DNA of 64,000 nucleotides from Lama glama (GCA_028534125.1 CM052817.1:13208001-13272000); one strand, 5' to 3'. Positions 53,060 through 64,000 are shown, counted from the first letter of the stretch. Program-made: numbers and translations. The notes: a model not told the origin generated them from the letters alone.

Positions 53060-53455
53060 GATAATCATAGCCACCAGCTGACCTAAAGTGGCCTTACAGA
53101 TGTATCTTGCCTAGTCCAAACAGACTTGACCCACAGACTCTAAAATATTTGAGTTAGTTTCCAGTATTTAAAAATTAGAAGAATTGATCTAAAATTTTCC
53201 ATTTCAAGCTTCTCTTGAGAAAATCAAATTATTTGGCAGCCTTCCATTACAGCAGAGCAGCAGTCCCTTGGAGCTGAATGTTCGTTGCTTACAACAGAGA
53301 ATAGCATGACTAGCTGACCGAGGTCCTCCTGGTTCCCAGCTGTCTGTCTGCTCTTCTGCGTCTCTCCTCTCCACTGTGTTTCTTTATAGGTCACCCGCTT
53401 CTCTCATGCATGTTGTCTTCCTGGCCTCTGTAGGCAAGTGAATGTGCAACCTCTA
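53060..53455. mobile_element. Possible old hAT DNA transposon relic (family not resolved)
   Basis: Segment atttaaaaattagaagaattgatctaaaattttccatttcaagcttctcttgagaaaatc...tttggcagcc resembles hAT MER internal sequence. Weak recollection only. Confidence 0.3.
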
Positions 53456-54663
53456 ATTCAGACCCTTCCCTGATATCAAACATCAGCCCTGAGCCTGTCT
53501 TTCTTGTGTCCTTCAACAACTTGCCGCGTTTAGTCACCACCCCACTGTATCGTCTTTGGACTTAAATCATTTGCCATCTGCACACTCTACTCACACATCC
53601 CTGAGATGACTTGTCTCCTCGCTGTCCTGCCACAATCAGACTTCTCCGAAGGGGGCGGAGGGGACAATATCTCTCTTCCAAATCTTATTCACTTTGAGTT
53701 TTTGTAATTTGTGTAATTCCTCTCCCCATTTGGACTATCTGCTATTTTTGGACAGGCAGGATTTGTGCCTGATTTATTTTTAGAATATTCCATGTTTCCA
53801 TAAGAATAAGAATCATTCAGGAAATATTTGATGAATGAAACAGGAGGAGGAAGTGTATAGTCATAATAATTCAACTAACAATGCTTGTTGTGTTAGAGGG
53901 GAAGTAGGAAACATTTGAACCAAGCAAGAATTATGCTTATTTTCACCATAGCTCCCTTGACCCCCCATCTTCTTGACTCTCGCTTCAGGAAATCATGGTC
54001 ACCATCACCGAGCACTGAACAAAAAACAGGATACATGGCTGCAACTAAAACCTGCTAGACTATATTACGCTTTTACTGTACTGCTACAGCATGTCACTTC
54101 ATCCTTACCTAATGCAAGTACCAAATATAGATGTTGTTCTTACTACTCAAATTTCAGCAGCGGCTGATGTCCGCAGTAAAGAACAATGACCAGGACTCTG
54201 TTCCAGGACCTGTCAGAACTGATTCTGTGCCACTCCCGTGAGATTTCAATCGGAGAATTCACATTGGTTCATTTACTCTCAGATACCAGTTATACGTAGT
54301 ACCCCTCAGATGAAGTGTAATTGTTCAGTTTTTCCAGCCATGACCGTCTCAGCTTCATTCCTTAATCAGTATCGTAAGTAGGCATGTATGTACACAGGGC
54401 ATAAAGCAACATGGTCGAAGCTGCTCTGGCTAAAGCCGTAAATTCGTAGTCAATGTATGATGACTGCAGAGGAATGTGTTAAAGTGTGAAATGTATTTAC
54501 CGTCGTGTGTATAACAGAGTGCATTCCGGGTGCCATCTTTACCAGGTACTTGTCCTGCTGTCTTGGAGAAACAGAATCATAAGAAGTTTCCTCTCTGTTA
54601 ACATATGGAGTGCTCAATAAATACTCATATTTCTAAAATTTCTAACTTTTTTTTATTCTACAG

Positions 54664-54735
54664 CACTCTCAACAACAACAACATTACTAGACTTTCTGTG
54701 GCAAGTTTCAACCACATGCCCAAACTTAGGACCTT
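54664..54735 (+). CDS. SLIT2: SLIT2 internal coding exon (exon 7), one LRR of D1
   Basis: tctaacttttttttattctacag acceptor and gtaagt donor at 54736; 72 nt. Translates (L)[23 protein letters not shown](F) and includes an N-I-T glycosylation sequon. Confidence 0.97.
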
Positions 54736-56432
54736 GTAAGTAGCTGCAATGTGCATCAAGTCAGTTTAACCAACTAACGATTCCCCTTAGGCTGTATTTT
54801 TAGTATGCAAAGAACACTACCATTAGCTCATCATGAGGTAGACAAGGGAAACACCGCTTTTTAAAAAGTTCTAGATACGATATTTGAGTAAATGAGCTAT
54901 TACTCTGAAAACGTGAAAGCTTTCTTTTAAATGATAATGTGTTACGGGAAGTTGAGGCGGGTAGAAAAACGTTTACTTTGAGCTATTGTGGAGGTCACAT
55001 TTCATTAAGAAATGGAAAGCTCCTTGATTGGCTGTCAGAAATGATAAATGGTAAATCTTTATGATTTTATTACTGTACAACCAGCAATCCTAATACAGCT
55101 AAACTGGCCCTCCAGTACTCTTTGTAATGTAAAATTACAGCCTCACCCTTTAGTGCTACTATAATTAAGGTTGTGCCAGCGTCTATATTTAAATATATCT
55201 TTTCAGGGCTTACAGATGGACATTAAAATATTTTAGGTGAATAAAAAGGATTCTCTGATAAAGTATTTGCTACAGCTATCTTTTTCTCTTAGAGGAAAAT
55301 TAATCCTCAAAACCCAGGGTGGAGTATTTAGTGAAAGCATTTTCAGAGATAAATCTCATTTGAACTGGGTTTCAGAATCACCTTGACCTAAAAAATATGT
55401 ACAATATGTGAGACATGCTGGGAAACATAACCAAAGCATTGGACTTCTTGACAAAAGTGTGTTTTTAAGTAGGGTAAATATATTTTGATCAGGTGTTCAA
55501 AATATTTTTATTATCACTGAAAGCATAACATTTATTTCCTCTCCAATAAAAAATTAATTAGATCACCACTTTTTAATGAATTAGATAGCACCAATTTCGG
55601 TGTCGTTTTTTCTCACAAAAATTTAGCTCTTTACAGGATATCATTATTATAATTTCCTTGGAATACAATTTAGCAAACTACAGTCATTCTGAAAGTAAGT
55701 AGACGTAACTAAATTTTGTTTTCTTGGGGCTGTTAGATTGAGACTAATCTGGCCAGATGAACAGCCCAGTTGACTCAAACTATATTTGATGAAATTGGTT
55801 TCTCATTAGCTTTAGCTAATTTTTTTAAAAACAAACTGATCAAGCTCTCAATCCTTGAAAAACTAACGCCACTAAGACTGTAAAAACATCTGTCATCTGC
55901 ATTTTTGACAGTGGGTTTTATTTTCCTGTAGAAATCCACTACAGTTTGTCTTACTAATCAGGTTTTTACATTTTTGTGTTCCTTTCTCATTTCTGATGTG
56001 TGCACATCTAATTGAATCATCATAATGTGCCTGGTTTAGATGGAAATATTTAGAGAACAATGATGTGGAATGTGTTTTGTGGCCTCCAAAGAATGCCACT
56101 CTGCCCTCCAAGCAAACTTTGCCAGAGGTCATCCAGCCTTCCCAAAATGTCCCTTTTTGTCCTGTGGCATGCCGTCTAGTTTGAGCGAGACAGTCTGTTC
56201 CATATCTCCAGGCTCAAGGAGAATGTAAAACAGTCGTCTAACTTTAAATTCCCTTGCTTTGGTTGTTTCATTATTCTATATTATCATTGCTACTTAAAAA
56301 TTCCATTTTTATGGTCCAATTATCTTTCTGGACTGGGTTCCATGTTTTAATATCCATTACTGTTATTGGGTTAGAATTGAGCACATCAGCTAAAAAGGAC
56401 TAAAATGGTATTACTGTGTCATAGATGATTCT

Positions 56433-56532
56433 NNNNNNNNNNNNNNNNNNNNNNNNNNNNNNNNNNNNNNNNNNNNNNNNNNNNNNNNNNNNNNNNNNNN
56501 NNNNNNNNNNNNNNNNNNNNNNNNNNNNNNNN
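56433..56532. other. Assembly gap (100 N) next to an (AT)n run
   Basis: Exactly 100 N. Confidence 1.

Positions 56533-56582
<50 letters not shown>
56533..56582. repeat. (AT)n microsatellite, at least 25 units
   Basis: Directly visible; truncated by the gap. Confidence 0.95.
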
Positions 56583-56586
<4 letters not shown>

Positions 56587-57060
56587 GTGACCTGCTAAAA
56601 AGGTTTTGCAAGCAGATTTCTACAGAGCAAATACTGGCAAGGCTAACTGGTACTTCAAACTGGGAGCCACAACTTTTATGAACGTACCTCCTCCCCCCGC
56701 CTGACCCCTGGCCTCCCCGTTGCCCCACCCCACCCCAGCGGGCTGTCAGCATGTCAGGGCTGCAGAGCAGGCTGCCTTGGGCTGATTTGTGTCTCTTTGC
56801 CCCTTTGAATCAAAAAGGTTTCTAGGGTCACGTTCAAGCTTCTGCATATTTGTTTAGCTCAGAGGGAGGTGAAGAGGGACCTCAGGCTGTGGTTGGAAAC
56901 CAGTTTAATGTTTAGAAAAATAATTCAGTTGGCACTTATTTAGCTCTGCCTACTTATATGTTATCAGAGAGAAAGTGATTTGTTATTATGAATGAATTTG
57001 CCTAGTTTCGAAGTAACCATTTTCTGTTTTCTTGCTTTAAACTTCTTTGCTCTCGTGTAG

Positions 57061-57224
57061 TCGACTGCATTCGAACAACCTGTACTGTGACTGCCACCTG
57101 GCCTGGCTCTCCGACTGGTTGCGCCAGCGGCCCCGGGTGGGCCTCTACACGCAGTGTATGGGGCCGTCCCACCTGCGGGGCCACAATGTAGCTGAGGTTC
57201 AAAAGCGGGAGTTTGTCTGCAGCG
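57061..57224 (+). CDS. SLIT2: SLIT2 internal coding exon (exon 8), last LRR and cysteine-rich LRRCT cap of D1
   Basis: cttctttgctctcgtgtag acceptor and gtaagg donor at 57225; 164 nt, phase 2/1. Translates (F)[54 protein letters not shown], visible inside ORF 57047..57271. Confidence 0.98.
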
Positions 57225-57744
57225 GTAAGGGGGAAAGAAGCTTCCCGTCCCCGTATTCCTGTCTGCTGTGACGTCAGGAATTGTGCAGAGTGCATGCTCT
57301 TGCAGGGTTTCACTGTTGCTCACTAACATGTGCAGGGGCGCACTAATCCCTCTGCGGAGCTCCTCTGTGCCGGCAAGGACAGTCAGACGCTCTACACGTT
57401 TGTGCATGATTGGCAACTTCCGATGACTTGTGCCTAAGTTATGATGAAAGAGGTTCCAGTTTTCACTCCAAGAGAAATATAAGACGTTCCTAGATTATGG
57501 TTCTATTTGTTACTCAACGTTTTCCCTTGAAGTAACCATTGGTATCTACTTTTATGTTAACGATGGGGAAAATGCTGAACTAGTCCTGGATCCCGGATGC
57601 AAAACTCAAAAAAATTAATAGAACTATAGTTGCAAAGTGATAAAATACTTTACATACTGGTGGTTCAGTTCTACCTAAAAGAGGTAAATGACTAGCCCTA
57701 TAGTAACAAAAATCTGAAAATAAAAACAAGGCGTTCAGTTAGGT

Positions 57745-57935
57745 CTTTCTATGTGCTTAAGCACCACTCTAAGCATGTCACATATATTTACCTCATTTTT
57801 ACCTCCCTCGTAACAGCTGAGGAGAAATGTAATGTTATCTTTATGTTGGAGATTAAAATGCTGAGAAGAGGAAAGTCCAAGGTTATACAATTGAGTTCAA
57901 GGATCCCAACCAAGGCAGTCTGATGCCCAGTCCAC
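57745..57935 (-). mobile_element. MIR SINE between exon 8 and the microexon
   Basis: ctatgtgcttaagcaccactctaagcatgtcacatatattacctcatt...aaccaaggcagtctgatgcccag. Confidence 0.6.
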
Positions 57936-58316
57936 ATAAATTGTATGTTAATATATTATACAAATAGTAATACATAATTATTTTTTAGAGCTAGGGCTGT
58001 GTCTGCTTCGGGAGTGTCTGTTCAAAATACAATAAAATTAAATTTTAAAGTACATGTAATGGATCATAAATAGCAATTTCTTAAAGGAAAGTGAGAAGAC
58101 ATGCTAGTTCAGGATTCTGTTTTATTGCTATTCTTTAGACCTTTTTATGTATTTTCTCATGCTTTTTGTAACCCAAACAAAATTTTCTTATAATGTCATG
58201 GAATGTTCTCAGTAGGTCTGATTGCTTTAAAAAAAGAAAAGTAAAATAATGAAATGACTAACAGTTCATTACTAACCACTTTTTTCTCTCTTCACTTTTT
58301 CCTTCCTGTTTTCTAG

Positions 58317-58328
58317 ATGAGGAAGAAG
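58317..58328 (+). CDS. SLIT2: SLIT2 alternative 12-nt microexon (inserts DEEE), GC-AG donor
   Basis: TACTAAC branch point (58270-58276), ~38-nt pyrimidine tract, ctag acceptor, exon ATGAGGAAGAAG, donor AG|GCAAGT. Phase 1/1 gives ...AGC G|AT GAG GAA GAA G|GG CAC = S-D-E-E-E-G-H. I recall an annotated SLIT2 isoform with SDEEEG at this position. Confidence 0.88.
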
Positions 58329-59275
58329 GCAAGTTCACGTTTCTTGTTTAGACTGAAACTATTTTTGTAAAGTGTGAGAGCTTGTTGAGAGGGATCGGGT
58401 TAGTAACTGGCCTGCAGCCTCTTCCCTGCGTCTCGCCCGCACGGGGGCCCTTTCCCTGTAGGTCGGAGAGGGCTGTCTCCGCTGCAGGGACAAGCCCCGC
58501 CTTGGCCCGCTTGGTACAGGATGCCTGACAGTCTGTTGTTCGCCATTTGAAGAGCAAAATTTCAAATCTGAGTAGTAAAAATATATACCTGCATAAAATG
58601 ACTTCGGCTAAAATAAAATTTAAGCTATATGAAGTCAAAAAAAGGAAACCACCTAGGGCATTGTTAAAACTAACAGAATGACATGGTACCAGTTATTACA
58701 ACAAAGAAAGCATCATTGTGAACCTAACCAGACAATCAAACTTAGCATCATCTATTTCCCACCCCCCCCCATGCGTATTGGCACCTATTGGCTTATTTAG
58801 AGTCAACACTTACGTCTACCAAGAGGGAAGTTTTAAAGCTTTCCTTTCTTTTTTGTGAGATGAAGTAAGTTAAGCTACGTAAGTTCAATAATGACTAAGC
58901 TCTATCTAAGCTTATTAGAAACGAAATATAGGTTAGTCTGAAATTGCTGCTCTTTGTGGAACTCAGAATAATTTTGAATAGAATCCTAGTTTCGAATCAG
59001 AATTTAGCCTTTCTCACAAAGATTTCAAATTTTCAAAATGATCATTTTTGTAAATTTGCTTTAAAGATCTCATTTGTTTTATCTGGTTGACCCAAAGACA
59101 TAAATGCATGCTTCCTAAAATATATTTTAGACATACAATATCATTTTATGATCAGGTATTTAGAGGAATGCATTTCTGTTAAATAAGATGCTTTGTTATT
59201 TGAGCTAAGTTTGCATGTTTCACAATTAGGACATTCAGGAGGAAAACATATAACTTCGGTTTGTTTCTTTTTCAG

Positions 59276-59414
59276 GGCACCAGTCATTTATGGCTCCTTC
59301 TTGCAGTGTTTTGCACTGTCCGGCCGCTTGTACCTGTAGCAACAATATCGTAGACTGCCGTGGGAAGGGTCTCACTGAGATCCCCACGAATCTGCCAGAG
59401 ACCATCACGGAAAT
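59276..59414 (+). CDS. SLIT2: SLIT2 internal coding exon (exon 9), D1-D2 linker and LRRNT cap of the Robo-binding D2 domain
   Basis: tttgtttctttttcag acceptor and gtatgt donor at 59415; 139 nt, phase 1/2. Translates (G)[45 protein letters not shown](I). Confidence 0.97.
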
Positions 59415-60639
59415 GTATGTGCCCTGAATTCCCTCTTACCCCTCCACCTCCCCAGTGACCCAAACCATGACTTTCTTTAGGAGATTCTGGGTTTATCAAA
59501 GACCAGTGTGATCGATCAGCTTACACAAATGTTCCTTCCAGAATTGTATTGACCCTGACTCTGTTTAATTAAATACCTTGTTGAAGTGACTAGGATTTTT
59601 TCTTTTTTTCTTTTTCTTTTTTTAACACAGGTAGAATTAAAAGGAATGCATTTTAAGGACAAACAGTACTTTCCTTTTTTTTTCAGAAGGTGTTATTAGA
59701 TTCCTTAGGAAAAGTAAGAGTGTATATACCCTATCTGTCCGATTGTTTCTGTACATCTTCTCTTGCGCATTTCTAGCTTGGAATTGGGGGGAAATAAATG
59801 AGAAACCAAGCCAGCGTAGTAAATCATAGGAACAAGATAACTAGATGATGTCTGCCTTCTCAAGAGCTCACGTTTTAAAGTGCAATTTCACTGTTTTGTT
59901 CTGTTGTATAGTCTACCACGGGGTATAAAAAAGACAATGTTGTAAGTCAAAGTATATAAGATTTTTTAATTAGTCAACATTTTAGCTTAACTGAGCCAGT
60001 AACTATCTCTATCAAATGTTAAATTCTTTGGACAAGATATTTCCTACCTAGTTTGTATGCAGCTGCGGGTTCATTTCTCTGTCCTTGCCAAATATAAGTC
60101 AGGTGGATAAAACAAGGTCACATAAGATGCAAAGTGGACTGCTTTTAGCATCTTGGGAAGTAAACATTAGGCAAAGTCTCAATATCCATTAATGAAGAAA
60201 GCACCTCTTAACCCCTCAAGTGTATATTGTATCATTTTAGAAGTTAATTCTAAATTTGAATTAAATAAATATTGGGGGCATATTTGGTTGGAATAATAAC
60301 ATAGGATTAACTTCTGATGATAGATCTACATGTAGGCACCAAAAAATTAAATTATTTTCAAAAACTATTCATTGTTTTTTCACCAGTTAACTGCTCTAAT
60401 TTACCTTATATGAGAATAACCTTAATTCACAAAACCCACTAACACTATTTTGAAATATCTAATACGTGCTTAAAAATGTGCTTTGAGCTTTGCAGTGTAA
60501 GACATGATCCTTGTAGGAATTCTAGAATCCGTGGAGATTTGACAGAGACATGGAATAATGGATGCACATAATAATATTATTCTCATCAAATTTTTAATTG
60601 CTGGAACACTACCTTGCCCATAAAAGACATTTGTTTTCT

Positions 60640-61750
60640 TGAACTCTCTCAGGTACCAAACACCAGGGAAACAAAGTTAGAAAGGTAGGCTGGAGCTAAT
60701 TCATGGAGGACCTTGATAGGATAAGGATCTAAGTCTTTCTTTAGGAGGCATTTGAACACAGAAGTTTGAATCTCCCAGAAGAATTGATCTGACAGCTGTG
60801 CACCAGTGGTTTGGCAAAAGAAGAGAATACCAGTCATGGGGCCTCTTAGGAGACTGTTACAGTGGTTGAGGTGAGATGTCATAAGAGCAGGAGCTAGTAA
60901 GTAATAGTAGGAATGATGGTGCAGAAGCAGATATGGTAGCTAATACAGAAGCAGAATTAATAGGATGTGGCATTTGATGAGATGAGAGAATGATGGAAAA
61001 AAATTTAACCAAAGATGATGCCAAAATGTCAAATACGAGAGATGAAGAGATGATGGTTATCACATTGCATGTAAGAAGCTGAGGAGCAGGACCAAAACTG
61101 GGAAGGAAGATGGTGGTGAGAAAAGTTTATGCAAGATGGAAATTCCAATAAGATATTCAGAGATATTAAAATAATACAGACTATCATCATTTGGAGCAAG
61201 ACGGGATTTGAGGCAAAGATTTAGGAGTAATTAATACTATAAAAAACAAAGTAGATGGGTAAAGCCATCAAATGGCCAATGGAAGGAACAGCAAGAGAGG
61301 AGAAACCCAAGGGAACTGAATGAAAACTGCAGAGGGCCATGATGGGTAAGGGGCTTCTAGGAAAAATGATCTGCAGAGTCAGATACTCTGGCTGATTAAC
61401 CAAGAGGGGATTTGAGAGCAGGTCTTAGAGTTGGAGCAGCATGTTGTTCTTGGAGGATTCAATATAGAGTGATAGGTAAGTAAGCCGCTCTCCAGAGTGT
61501 TAAGAAAGGTCGTCGATGACAAATATTGAAGAGAATAGATATGGAGCAGTTTGAAGAGTTTGGCTGAGAACGGATTTTTTTTTTTAAAGACAATTGCCAC
61601 TATAAACGACAGACACTTGGATTTATTTTAAGATGAAGAAACCTGCAATCATTAGCAAGTCAGGGAGGAAGAATGGGTTTAGAGCCACATGAGAGTGAGA
61701 GTTAGTTAAGACGTATGTCGGAGCAAGGTTGTTCTGGACCCTGGAGGGAA
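60640..61750 (-). mobile_element. Degenerate L2 LINE
   Basis: Reverse-strand L2 motifs (ttaggagactgttacagtggttgaggtgagatg, aaagatgatgccaaa, gaagagaatagatatggagcagtttgaagagtttggctgagaa). Confidence 0.65.
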
Positions 61751-62985
61751 CGGATTAAATTCCAATCATAGGAAAGGAGACCAAAACGCTGTTGCTGGTT
61801 GACCAAAGAGTGAGTTGTTGTAGACATGACAGACTGAAAGGAATATGAAACATTTAAATGGTTAATCTCATGAAGTCTACTTTATTTTTTGTCATAGAGC
61901 TTTTCTGACATTTTGCATGCTCTATCGATTTTGGATGATGGTGGAATTTGGTAGCATAAAAGTTATACTAAATAATAGGTCCCATTGGGTTTGCTGATGT
62001 TGAAGAGGTAGTTTATCACATAAAGCTATAATAAATTAAATTTACAAGCAGAGATGAAAACATGTATGAAGCTCTTGGTAAATTTTACTTCCCTGATTAT
62101 TACCTCATCAGCTTTATCAGTGGAGCATCTGGTAATAAATCATATTGATCTTCAGCTCCAACAAAATACCCCCATTACCATTCATTACAATGGTACAACT
62201 TACTAGCTTAGTGACTCACTTTTTTTTATTACTCTTTCTTTTTTTATTAAAGAATCAGTAAGATTCATAAAATCTGGAAATAAAGCTAGGTGACATCTTT
62301 TCAAAAAAATTTTTGTCGATTCTGTGTTTTAATACATGATGAACTGAAAATTACTAACTCCATATTTTTCAAATAATTTCTTAATCTGGATTTTACTATA
62401 AATTATCAGTAGAATTTTTTTGTTGCAAGTTTCAGACATTTAATTCAAAAATGTTCAGTAGATTTCCTTCTGTGTCATATGTCTTTATTCCTGCAGCTGT
62501 CTCACGTTCTGACAGAAAGAAAGTTTATACGGTGATGTACAGGAGTGATAAATCTGGGTAGGAAAACTTGCCTCATCCTTTTCTTTTTTCTGCTTTCTGC
62601 TTGCAACTATAACTTCGCACTTGTGGTACTTGCTCGGATAATTAGTTGTTAAGCTATAAAAGGGAAACATTCCTTTAGAGTCAGAATTGAAATAATTTGG
62701 AGAAGGAGGAATAGAAAGAGATGAGGATTTATCTAATACCTGCAGGGATGGACGCTACATACACACTGTAGCATTTGATCTTCTAACTGACCTTTGCTGG
62801 GGGGATATTTTTGCTATTTCAATAAAATAGGAAAACTAATGCAAAGACACAGGTTAGATAAAGTCTGGTTGTATTTCTCCAAGGAGCCTCATTATCCTGA
62901 TGATTTTACTATGGTCCAGGATCTGTCCTCTGATTTGTAGGCTAGGAGTCTGACTTGACTGCACCTGATTATTGCATTTTGCCAT

Positions 62986-62999
62986 TATATATATATGTG

Positions 63000-63044
<45 letters not shown>

Positions 63045-63082
63045 ACACACACACATACATACACATATATGTATGTGTGTGT
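62986..63082. repeat. Compound (TA)n(CA)n(TG)n microsatellite
   Basis: Directly visible. Confidence 0.92.
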
Positions 63083-63089
63083 TTGTTGG

Positions 63090-63245
63090 TATAACATCTG
63101 TCTCCTTACTAAAGTAGTGGCTCTATGAAGGCAGGAACTGGTTCTGTTCTAATTACTACTGAGGACCCAGGGACAAATCTAGTAGCTGTCACATAGTAGG
63201 CCCTTGATAAACATAAAATAAATATTTATGAAGTGAGTGGATAAT
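63090..63245 (+). mobile_element. L2 3' terminus
   Basis: ctgtctccttactaaagtagtggctctatgaaggcagg...cacatagtaggcccttgataaa...aaatatttatgaagtgagtgg. Confidence 0.7.
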
Positions 63246-64000
63246 TAAAAAATTAAACATTTATAGCAGATCTGGCTCTGAAAGGGTAGAGCTATATTAA
63301 CACTATTTAAAAACTAAAATCTGAAGGAGGAGTCCATTCTCTCCCTGTAGGAAAAAAAAGTGATGCTTTTAAGCATAAAATCAGTAAGGGAAAATGTAAT
63401 AGATAGAATGTTAAGTGGAATGGGCTAAAATGGGGTTATAATACTGAAAATTCACTTGTTAATTTTTCCTGTGCCCTGTCCTGGCTTGGATCCCATGTGT
63501 CTGAGAACTCCTGTTTTCCTGCTCTTGGCTGACCAACCCAGTATCTAATAGGCAGCCCCCTTCTTTAGATATAATACTCAATTCAATCTTCTCACAGACG
63601 CCTTAGACATCTTTCTCTAAGGGTATATTTTCTCCATAATGAAGCCTATAGATGTTTACCTCAAATTCCTCAAAGGGTGACAGCTTCATTTTGCTATTTA
63701 AAAAATAGGTCAGGCTCAAAAAAGTTAAGAAATCTTGAAAAAAAAAAAAGTTCTTCAATTGTGAGGTGACTAAACTGGCCTCAACCTTAGATTTAATTAA
63801 TTCCAGAGCCATGTTCCATCCTCCACTGAGCTGCAAAAGAAAGGCATGGCTTAGCTTGTTGGATTATCACTGAAGGGGTAATTGAAAAAATTATGAAAGG
63901 CTGATACTCAGAAAAACAGGACACTTTAAAAAACTTACGTATGAAGGAAGCATAGGAGCATAGAGACAAGGCATAAGAATGTTTGCAAAACTAAGAACTG

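Noticed and set aside
37577..59414. SLIT1 or SLIT3 paralog, or a pseudogene
   Set aside because: Peptides ([39 protein letters not shown]) match SLIT2 as recalled, and all exons are open with intact splice sites.
1..64000. miR-218-1 and SLIT2-IT1, which are hosted in SLIT2 introns
   Set aside because: I did not see the miR-218 mature sequence (TTGTGCTTGATCTAACCATGT), and its host intron lies further 3'. The lncRNA cannot be identified from sequence alone.

Overview
Mammalian genomic DNA, very probably a camelid (it carries a Vic-1-like tRNA-derived SINE at ~11.6 kb). The window lies inside the SLIT2 gene on the + strand. About 37.5 kb of a very long upstream intron (intron 4 in the usual human numbering) is followed by five internal coding exons: 37577-37648, 49000-49071, 54664-54735, 57061-57224 and 59276-59414. 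Spliced, they read (L)[172 protein letters not shown](I), which covers the end of LRR domain D1 and the N-cap of D2. The most interesting element is a 12-nt in-frame microexon (58317-58328) that the ORF track misses. It has a non-canonical GC donor and inserts DEEE into the D1-D2 linker. Around it are QKI-type ACUAAY motifs (one coinciding with a perfect TACTAAC branch point), RBFOX-type UGCAUG motifs and a GC-rich hairpin that covers a decoy acceptor. The rest is ordinary intronic sequence: L1 3' fragments (one with a twin-priming inversion), L2, MIR, MLT1, MER58A/MER5/Tigger relics, microsatellites, two assembly gaps and a few candidate PBX-HOX-MEIS enhancer motifs. Nearly all listed ORFs are spurious or repeat-derived. 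I found no evidence of a wholly new gene system. Repeat family names and exon numbers come from recalled consensus sequences and gene models, not from a search.
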